From: Abditibacterium sp.
Lineage (GTDB): Bacteria > Armatimonadota > Abditibacteriia > Abditibacteriales > Abditibacteriaceae
Length of the DNA: 64,000 nucleotides
Direction: 5' to 3'
Assembly: GCA_965199495.1 (NCBI GenBank)
Contig: CBDASK010000003.1
Span: forward strand, 2,848,001-2,912,000
Shown: positions 57,124 to 64,000 of the stretch, in pieces
Numbering within the stretch: the stretch's first letter is position 1
Layout: the number at the start of each line of letters is the position of its first letter
The notes under the pieces: generated by a model
Database searches by the model: none
The model's input: only the letters and a program-made list of their open reading frames with translations
Told to the model about the DNA's origin: nothing
Program-made: the position numbers and the translations under genes

Positions 57124-57762
57124 TCGTTCGCTTGGCTGCACGTAAACCGTGCCTTGTCCGCTAAATTTGAGTTGAAAACTTTCACCCGACCCTTGGCCGA
57201 CCAGAGTTTTCCATCCGACATCGGTATGAATCGCGCTTTGAACATTGCTTTTGTGACCGATGTAAGCGTTGGGATCAACAAAGATCGGCTTATCAGCAGC
57301 CACGTCGAGGGCGAGCATTTCGCCCTCGCTCAAAATCGCGGCTTCGCCCTGACCTTGCAGCGTCGTCGTCCACAAACCTTGACCTGTCGCGGCGCCGCGC
57401 ACCAAACCGCCGACTCCGCCACTGTTGCCCTGAAACTGCGTGCCGCTGCGCAAATTGCCATCGTAGGCCAACACGCTTTCGCTTTCGATATAAAGCGTTT
57501 CGCCGTTAAGTCGCACGATTTGAACGTGCAGTCCGTGCCGCGCGTAAAGTACGGTTCCGCTTCCCTGCGCGCGCATCAGGTGCATCTGCTCGTCAGTCAC
57601 CATGCGTTCCATGCCGCTCTGAATACCGCCTCCGCCCAACGCGGCGGGCGAAAATCGCACCTCGCCCGTTGTGGCGATCATGGCGCCGCTCTTGGCGTAA
57701 CACTCCTCATTTTGGAGCGTCACTTCGAGCAGCTTTTCGTTGAGCATCTGGTATTTTGGCAT
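57121..57762 (-). CDS. AIM24 family protein
   Basis: AKSGAMIA, ESESVLAYD, GQGLWTT, VDPNAYIG, SGESFQLKFSGQGTVYVQPSE. Confidence 0.88.
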   Translation of the reverse strand: MPKYQMLNEKLLEVTLQNEECYAKSGAMIATTGEVRFSPAALGGGGIQSGMERMVTDEQMHLMRAQGSGTVLYARHGLHVQIVRLNGETLYIESESVLAYDGNLRSGTQFQGNSGGVGGLVRGAATGQGLWTTTLQGQGEAAILSEGEMLALDVAADKPIFVDPNAYIGHKSNVQSAIHTDVGWKTLVGQGSGESFQLKFSGQGTVYVQPSER

Positions 57763-57769
57763 GGTTAAT

Positions 57770-57797
57770 GTGGCAAGTGGCAAGTGGCAAGTGGCAA
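57770..57797. repeat. Heptamer array (GTGGCAA)x4
   Basis: gtggcaa gtggcaa gtggcaa gtggcaa. Confidence 0.9.
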
Positions 57798-57817
57798 GCG
57801 TTGTGGGCGAGACAGTG

Positions 57818-58207
57818 TTAATCCTTGCGGGTTGGTTGCGCGGCCAGTTTGTTCTCTTGTTGGCGGATAAACCCGTAAAGCAAACGACTGATGGTGCTGA
57901 CACGTTCGTAAAGCGGCAGAAATTGAGCCTCGGTCAAAAAGCCAACATCTAACGCGACGTAAAGCTGGGCGCGCACCTCGCCCGCAGAACCTTTGGCTAT
58001 GCGTAGATAACGACAAAGTTCGCGCGCAGAATCCTTTTCAAAACCTTCGGCAATGTTGTTGAGGATCGAAACAGCAGCGCGGCGAATTTGGTCTTTTAAT
58101 CCATAATCGCGCTCGAAGCCACCCCGATTTGTGACATCATAAATTTCGCTGGCTAAAACACGAGCTTCCTTCCAAGATTCAATGTCTTCAAATCGTTTGA
58201 TTAGCAT
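57818..58207 (-). CDS. Four-helix-bundle protein (23S rRNA IVS-protein/TIGR02436 family, bAvd-like fold)
   Basis: KRFEDIESW, RDYGLKDQIRRAAVSILNNIAEGF, YLRIAKGSAGEVRAQLYVALDVGF. Confidence 0.93.
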   Translation of the reverse strand: MLIKRFEDIESWKEARVLASEIYDVTNRGGFERDYGLKDQIRRAAVSILNNIAEGFEKDSARELCRYLRIAKGSAGEVRAQLYVALDVGFLTEAQFLPLYERVSTISRLLYGFIRQQENKLAAQPTRKD

Positions 58208-58216
58208 GGTTTTTTC

Positions 58217-58375
58217 AGGTGGCAAGTAGCAAGTGGCAGGTGGCAAGTAGCAAGTGGCAGGTGGCAAGTAGCAAGTGGTAGGCATAAATGAGCAAATAGC
58301 ATACGAAATTGTAAAGCAAACCCGCGCGCGCTGGCTTGCTTCACCATGCCACTTGCCACCTGCCACTTGTCACCT
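58217..58375. repeat. Heptamer array (9 units; a 21-bp unit x3), conserved core, then an inverted heptamer array
   Basis: (aggtggcaagtagcaagtggc)x3 - core - tgccact tgccacc tgccact tgtcacc. Confidence 0.9.
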
Positions 58376-58994
58376 ACTTTCGTTCGTTGGGCTGAATATA
58401 AACCGTGCCCTGTCCGGTGAATCGGAGCTGGAAACTTTCGCCCGAACCCTGTCCGACAAAGCTCTTCCAATTCACATCGAAAATAAATTCCTGTTGCAAA
58501 TTTCCCGTGTAACCCAAAAACGCGTCGGGATCGACATGGAGCGGAAAATTCGCGCCGACTTCCAATTGAATCGGCGTGCCGTGCGACATAATGGCGACGT
58601 TGCCGGTTCCTTCGACGGTCGTAGTGAAAAGCCCCTGACCCGTCGTGGCTCCTCGGAGGCCCGCGAAGGCAGTATTGGTTTTGAGGCCACCATCCAATGC
58701 CAATAAAACGCTGCTTTCGACGAAGATTTTCTCGTTTTGCAGCGGAATTATCATCACCTCGGCGGCATCAACGGCGAAATAAACCGTGCCTTTGCCGCTG
58801 GTCGTCATTAGAGCCACGCCCTCGCCCGTCGCGCGGCGTTTGAGCGCGCCGAACACGCCTTCGCCGCCCAAGATCGCTTTGTCGAATTTGATTTGCCCTT
58901 CGTACGCGACCATCGCACCTGCGCGCGCCAGAATGTTTTGACCGCTCAATTCGACCTGCAACATTCGAGGATTGGGAAGCGAGAAAGGTGTCAT
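58374..58994 (-). CDS. AIM24 family protein
   Basis: ARAGAMVAYEG, ATGEG, ESSVLLA, VDPDAFLG, SGESFQLRFTGQGTVYIQP. Confidence 0.88.
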   Translation of the reverse strand: MTPFSLPNPRMLQVELSGQNILARAGAMVAYEGQIKFDKAILGGEGVFGALKRRATGEGVALMTTSGKGTVYFAVDAAEVMIIPLQNEKIFVESSVLLALDGGLKTNTAFAGLRGATTGQGLFTTTVEGTGNVAIMSHGTPIQLEVGANFPLHVDPDAFLGYTGNLQQEFIFDVNWKSFVGQGSGESFQLRFTGQGTVYIQPNERK

Positions 58995-59045
58995 AAATAA
59001 GAATTGTCGGCCAGTTTACTCAATGATTTCGCGATGCAACGAAGG

Positions 59046-60272
59046 TTATTTCTCGCCGTAAACGAAACCACCGCGCGCGTTGGCCTGTTGCTTGAACGTG
59101 TCGAGCATCTTTTGATCAAAGCCGTCTTTGCCACCGTTTTTCTCTAACTCGGCTTTGAGAAACGCGTTGCGTTGCGTTTCCAATTCGGTGAGTTGAGCTT
59201 TAAGTTTCTTGCGTTCGGCGATCTGCGTTTCCAGCATTTGGCGCTTTTCGTCGAGCGATTTTTTCTCCCACTCGGTCGGCCATTCGTCGGCTTTAATCTC
59301 TTCGATTGCGCGCCCGTTGATCACTTCGGTGACTAAATCGAAGGCCGCGTAAATCTGGCCGGATTTATAATTGAACGATTGGCGGGCGATCATATTGCTG
59401 ACACCAGTTTTCTCGCGGAACAGGCCACCGATCGTCGGAATATCGCCCAGAATTGGCGCGCCATTGACATATTTAGCGCCGTCAATTCCAGCCGCCGCCA
59501 ACGACAAACTGCGCTCGTTTTCTCGTCCACGCCGTGCGACAGTTGTCAGTTCCAGACCGGCGCCCAACTTGACCATTTTCTCGTCGAAAGGCGTCGGCAC
59601 GTTCACCACGCCGCCGGTTTGGGCGAGCGTGAAATAATTGCCCAGGCCGCGTTTGGCGATGTCGAGCCACACGGTTTCGGTCTCCGCGTTAGTGCCACAG
59701 CGAATCGCATTGACGAAAATTCCGCGCGCGGCGGCTTTGTCGGCTTCGGCTTTATAATCGAATCCATCGTTATAATCGGTGTGCGGCGGGCAATCGCCGA
59801 CCAGAAATATCACCTGATAAAGCGCGCTATCGGTTGAGCCGCCCGCCTTCCACTCGATGCCCGAAACTGCTTCGTGCAAACCGGCGCTGACGTGTTCGGG
59901 TAAGTCGCCGCCGCCCTGCGCCTTGAAGGTTTGCAGCGTCGCAAACGCCGCGTCCAAATCGTCGGTCAGCGGGTGAACCTGCGTGACGTAAGCGTCGCCT
60001 TTATCGCGGTAAGCCACGAAGCCGATGCGAATTTCGGGTTGCGGTTTGGCGGTCACGATTTCGTTGACAATAGACCAAATCTTCGACTTGGCACCTTCAA
60101 TTAAACCGCCCATCGAGCCAGTCGTATCAACGACGAAAACCAGTTCCATGCGCGGTTTGTCGGGCACGCGAAAGGTTTGTTTGACGGGCAGTTCTCCCGT
60201 CGGTTGAAGTTCTTGCGCTTGGGCGAGCGCACTTGCAGCCACGAGGGCAGCAAGAAGAAGTAGAGGTTTCAT
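59046..60272 (-). CDS. Secreted vWA-domain protein
   Basis: Signal peptide MKPLLLLAALVAASALAQA; VVDTTGSM, GFVAYRD, GGGDLPE, LVGDCPPH. Confidence 0.88.
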   Translation of the reverse strand: MKPLLLLAALVAASALAQAQELQPTGELPVKQTFRVPDKPRMELVFVVDTTGSMGGLIEGAKSKIWSIVNEIVTAKPQPEIRIGFVAYRDKGDAYVTQVHPLTDDLDAAFATLQTFKAQGGGDLPEHVSAGLHEAVSGIEWKAGGSTDSALYQVIFLVGDCPPHTDYNDGFDYKAEADKAAARGIFVNAIRCGTNAETETVWLDIAKRGLGNYFTLAQTGGVVNVPTPFDEKMVKLGAGLELTTVARRGRENERSLSLAAAGIDGAKYVNGAPILGDIPTIGGLFREKTGVSNMIARQSFNYKSGQIYAAFDLVTEVINGRAIEEIKADEWPTEWEKKSLDEKRQMLETQIAERKKLKAQLTELETQRNAFLKAELEKNGGKDGFDQKMLDTFKQQANARGGFVYGEK

Positions 60273-60375
60273 TGCGGCGTTTGGACAGCGCGCGCACAAC
60301 AAATGTTCCCTGCCAATGTTTTCGGCGGACGGTGACGGAGTGGCACGCGGTTTTCGTCTGTTGCAAACTGCGCCC

Positions 60376-61389
60376 ATGAACGATTTGGCCGAGAAATGGC
60401 GCCAGCGTTTGCCGATTTTAGAAGCGCAATTGCGAAGCGCGCCGCGCGATATGAGCGCTTGGCATTGGCGCGCCGAAATTCGCGTTTTGCATTTTCTATT
60501 GAATCGTTATGCCAAACCGGAAAACGCGATGGAACCGAACGAATTATTACTGGACGAAATCGCATCCGTCCCGATGTCGCCGCTCGAACGTTCGCTGTTG
60601 AAGATGGCGCTTTTGATTCCCAACATTCACACCAAACGCACGCGTCCTTCGGAGAATGAGCGCGCAAATATTCTGGAGCGCATCAAAGTCGTGGGCGACG
60701 AGGCGCGCATAATTGACGAAGCCGAACAGGAACGCTGGGGCAAATTGCGCCTCGATAGTAAAATTCAGCTCGAAGCCAGCGCTTATCAAGATTTGCTGAC
60801 GCGGCAATCCAAGATACAACGGCGCGAAATCAAGCAACGTTCTCGCAAAGCCCCGCACCAAAAGCCACTGAAAATGCCGATACACCCCAAACGCGACATC
60901 ACCGCTTTCGGCCCGCGATTTCCCGTCGTCTGCCCGCGCTGTTCGAGGTGCGCCGATTTAGAACAAGAGAACTCCGCTAAGATTACGCTCGATTGTCTGA
61001 GTTGCGGTTACGCGCGCCAATGGCAATCGTCGCAAATTCAACTGGCGAGCGGTTGGCGGTGGCTGGGGAAAATGGCGCACCCGGTGCCAGCGGGATTTGG
61101 CGGCACGCCCGCCGAATTATGGATCGAAACTTCGTCCGATGCGACGCAGCAATCGCAGGGTTTGACGTTGCGGCTGTGGCTGCAAACGCCCTGCGACGAA
61201 GAAAATTTGTGGTTTCTTAATCGCGAACATTTGAATTTCGTCGAGCATTATTTGCGCGATTCCGCGAATGTCGAAGACCAAAGAACGCAAATTCAGTGGG
61301 TAGAGCCGTGGATTTGGGAAGCCGATGAAAAATGTGTTGCGCGCTGTCTGGCGGAGCTTCGTCTCAAAATGGATGCGGGCAACGAATAA
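60376..61389 (+). CDS. Hypothetical protein with Zn-ribbon domain
   Basis: VCPRCSRC...CLSCGY...LWLQTPC...LWFLNREHL. Confidence 0.65.
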   Translation: MNDLAEKWRQRLPILEAQLRSAPRDMSAWHWRAEIRVLHFLLNRYAKPENAMEPNELLLDEIASVPMSPLERSLLKMALLIPNIHTKRTRPSENERANILERIKVVGDEARIIDEAEQERWGKLRLDSKIQLEASAYQDLLTRQSKIQRREIKQRSRKAPHQKPLKMPIHPKRDITAFGPRFPVVCPRCSRCADLEQENSAKITLDCLSCGYARQWQSSQIQLASGWRWLGKMAHPVPAGFGGTPAELWIETSSDATQQSQGLTLRLWLQTPCDEENLWFLNREHLNFVEHYLRDSANVEDQRTQIQWVEPWIWEADEKCVARCLAELRLKMDAGNE

Positions 61390-61580
61390 ATTCGCGACGC
61401 GGTATTCTGCTGAAAACTTTATTTTGTAACGCCGACGCGTTCGTATTAATTTCAATTTTTATGGATTGGATGCGACCGCAATCAACGATAAAATCGCGCC
61501 CGCAAATTTTGCTTCCTATTTAAATTTGAACGCATTACACTGCGTCCCGTCCCAAAAAAATCACAAGCATCCGTAATTCT

Positions 61581-62539
61581 ATGGCTAAAAACTTCAAAAA
61601 TGTCCAGTTGCTGTTCGCGCTGGCTTTGTGCGCCCCAATTTGCGCGAGCGTGCAAGCGCAGGACGCGGCGCCCTCCGTCCCGGCAACTCCCGCCGCCGTG
61701 ACACCAGCCACGCCGCAGGCGGCTTCTAATCCTCACCGCCGATTGTCTTTGGTAACAGAACAGGGTTCGTTCAAAAACGTATTCAACTCGCTTGGCGAGG
61801 CGCGCACGGCGGCGCAGGGCAATAGCTACAATCAAACGCTGAAAAGGGCAGCGAAATTATCGTAATGAACGCGCGCGAGGCCAATCCTTCCTTTACGAAC
61901 CCGATAACTTACTCGCTGTTTTCAATGACAAAAACAGATGTTGAACCGCTTGTCAAATCCTATCTCGATTATCGCGCGGCCAACCGAGAGGCGGACGGAA
62001 CGTCAGAAATTAGGCAACACGAGCGCGCGATGGTTGACGGGGTCATGAAAGCTCTGACCGTCAGTTTTCCGCGCACAGCCCCCAGCGATGCGGTGCCCGT
62101 CGAGTTAGCTTTGCCGAATATTTCCGTGCGACTCGAAACCGATGATACGCAAAATCCGCTGATCGGAGCAAAAATTGGTGATGGCTACATGTATGAGTCG
62201 GTGATGAATAACGAACGATTGAAGGGTTCTACGGCGCTCAAAACTCTGGCGGGCCGTGAAAAATACGGCTACAATCGCTATTCCACTTTGCAGGACGCGG
62301 GCGACGTGGCTACAATCGTTCCCGGAACCAAAATCATCGTTTTCAACGGAAATAGTTTTTCGCTTTACCGCCTGGGCGATTTCAAATCTGATTACAAAGG
62401 GGGCGATGAACAGTTCGATGTTTTCAAAACGACGCCGATGCGCAAAGGCTGGATTGTCGTGGCGATAGTCGCCGGAAGCAAATTCATCCCAATTTACCAA
62501 CCGAAAGCCAAACCCGCCGCCGCCGCTCCTACTCGATGA
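61581..62539 (+). pseudogene. Secreted hypothetical protein split into two ORFs (61581-61865, 61865-62539), probable frameshift
   Basis: ORF1 has a signal peptide; ORF2's frame is open from 61826 across the run ctgAAAAggg. Confidence 0.5.
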
Positions 62540-62552
62540 ACGACAAAAGGCC

Positions 62553-62599
62553 AAACCGCAAAAAGCCGCGCTGAAAACAGCGCGGCTTTTTGCGGTTTG
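62553..62599. terminator. Bidirectional intrinsic terminator
   Basis: caaaccgcaaaaagccgcgctg-aaaa-cagcgcggctttttgcggtttg. Confidence 0.85.
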
Positions 62600-62651
62600 A
62601 GTTTCGGGCGATGAACTCGAAAGCCATTGGAAAGAACTTTCTTATTTGCTC

Positions 62652-63743
62652 TCAGTCGCGGATGACGTTGCCGGTTGGCAGAATCACTTCGTCGTTGCCC
62701 TCTTCGGTATATTCTTCGGGGAAGCGTTTTTTATGGCGCACCGAAGCCCAGAACGCGGCGCCGATGAACGCCGCGCCGACCAAACCGGTGATGACTTCCG
62801 GCGTTTCGATGCCGACGGTCGAAATCAACATGATGGTGGCGAGGGCGATGATGGCGTAAAAGGCGCCCGGCTCCAGATAACGGTAATTGCTGAGCGTGCC
62901 GCCGTGAACCAGAGCCACCGTCATCGAGCGCACGAACATGGCGCCGATGCCCAGACCCAGAGCGATCTGTATGATGTCGTTGGTGATGGCGAACGCGCCG
63001 ATGACGCCGTCGAACGAAAACGAGGCGTCGAGGAATTCCAGATAGACGAACGAAGCCGCGCCCGTCCGCACGATTTTGCCGGTCACGTCTTCGCTGGCGC
63101 CCATTTTGTCGCCCAGCATTTCGACCGCAAAGAAGGTGGCCATACCTGCCGCCGCCGCGATGAGAAACGGTTGCTGAGCGCCGTGTTCCACGAAAAAGGA
63201 CAAGGCCACCACGATGATGAAGGTGGCGATGTATTGGGCGTGCGGAATGCGGGCGAGCGCCGCGAGCGGCTTCTCGATAAAGGGGAGCCATAGATGCTCG
63301 CGGTCTTCATCGAAAAAGAAGGACAGCCCGACGAGCGCCAGAAACGCGCCGCCAAAACCGGAAATTCCGATGTGGGCGCCAGTCACGATTTCTTCGTAGC
63401 GCTTATGATCGGACAGCGCGATGCGCACGGCTTCCCACGGCGTCACCTTGGCCGCAATCGCCACGATGATGAGCGGAAACACGACGCGCATTCCGAACAC
63501 GGCGATGGCAATGCCCCACGTCAGAAAGCGCTTCACCCACTTCTCTTCCATGTCGCGCAGCACGGTCGCATTGACGACGGCGTTATCCAAGCTGAGCGAT
63601 GTCTCCATGACGCCCAAAACCGCCGCGATAAAAACCGACGAAGCGACGGCTGCCAGCGCGCCATTCTGTAAATATCCGTCTAAGCCAGCCAGCGCGAGCG
63701 CCACGACCGTAAACGCGATTGAACCTTTGAAATGTTGCAACAT
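62652..63743 (-). CDS. DUF475 (TerC-like) integral membrane protein
   Basis: ETSLSLDNAVVNA, FLTWGIAIAVFGMR, YLEFLDASFSFDGVIGAFA, GAMFVRSMT, YLEPGA. Confidence 0.92.
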   Translation of the reverse strand: MLQHFKGSIAFTVVALALAGLDGYLQNGALAAVASSVFIAAVLGVMETSLSLDNAVVNATVLRDMEEKWVKRFLTWGIAIAVFGMRVVFPLIIVAIAAKVTPWEAVRIALSDHKRYEEIVTGAHIGISGFGGAFLALVGLSFFFDEDREHLWLPFIEKPLAALARIPHAQYIATFIIVVALSFFVEHGAQQPFLIAAAAGMATFFAVEMLGDKMGASEDVTGKIVRTGAASFVYLEFLDASFSFDGVIGAFAITNDIIQIALGLGIGAMFVRSMTVALVHGGTLSNYRYLEPGAFYAIIALATIMLISTVGIETPEVITGLVGAAFIGAAFWASVRHKKRFPEEYTEEGNDEVILPTGNVIRD

Positions 63744-64000
63744 TGTATTTTTCCTTTTGCGGCGTCAGTCTACTGACGCCGTTTTGCGCGCGCTTGCTCG
63801 AATTGTTGGGATGTTAAACCGCGTTGGATCATAATTCTTGAGAAGATTGGGGCCGGTTACACGGCAAGTGTCGCGCCCAAGTTGAGAAAGAGCTTAACAA
63901 GTTAGCAGAAGTCGCAAAAGATAACAGCGAATGCGTTTGGCGCCGATGTTTAAACTAACATCGTGCTCCGTTACGCCGTATTATTGGGGCGCGTGCTTTC

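Noticed and set aside
57818..58207. Diversity-generating retroelement suggested by the Avd-like fold
   Set aside because: No reverse transcriptase and no template/variable repeat pair with adenine-specific differences seen.
58217..58282. Possible CRISPR array
   Set aside because: Contiguous heptamer tandem repeats with no unique spacers; no cas genes in the window.

Overview
A bacterial chromosomal window of moderately high GC from a diderm organism. The lpxA/fabZ, lptC/lptA, SigB-type module, DUF6785 and LmeA-like genes suggest an Armatimonadota/Abditibacteriota-like lineage; this is an inference. A large Ter stress-response/defence locus occurs in two pieces. The + strand block (1753-7702) holds TerD-vWA, TerD, PRTase-TRSP, StiP-Pelota, a YidD-like Cys-rich protein, a HAD hydrolase and TerB. 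The mostly - strand block (44919-63743) holds a vWA protein, three AIM24 genes, TerY-C, TerY, PP2C, a kinase, four more TerD-family genes and DUF475/TerC. Between them lie housekeeping genes: phrB, a fabZ-lpxA fusion, nagZ, leuB, nusA-ylxR-infB, an lptC-lptA fusion, mreBCD, maf, tRNA-Leu, rsbV-rsbW-sigB and rarA. A probable 6S RNA sits at ~1389-1587, and at least five families of palindromic intergenic repeats are present. The most notable unexplained signals are: (1) a non-palindromic word, CGCCGTGGCTG(CAT), scattered through coding sequence on both strands at a density like that of DNA uptake sequences; (2) a four-helix-bundle gene inside heptamer tandem arrays, with gene-less copies of the same element nearby; (3) a 24-bp direct-repeat-flanked nucleotidyltransferase cassette inserted at the 3' end of a ter gene; (4) two closely related inverted REP elements exactly at the boundaries of the two Ter blocks, compatible with a ~43 kb inversion. 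All family calls come from motif recognition by eye, and all counts are manual.
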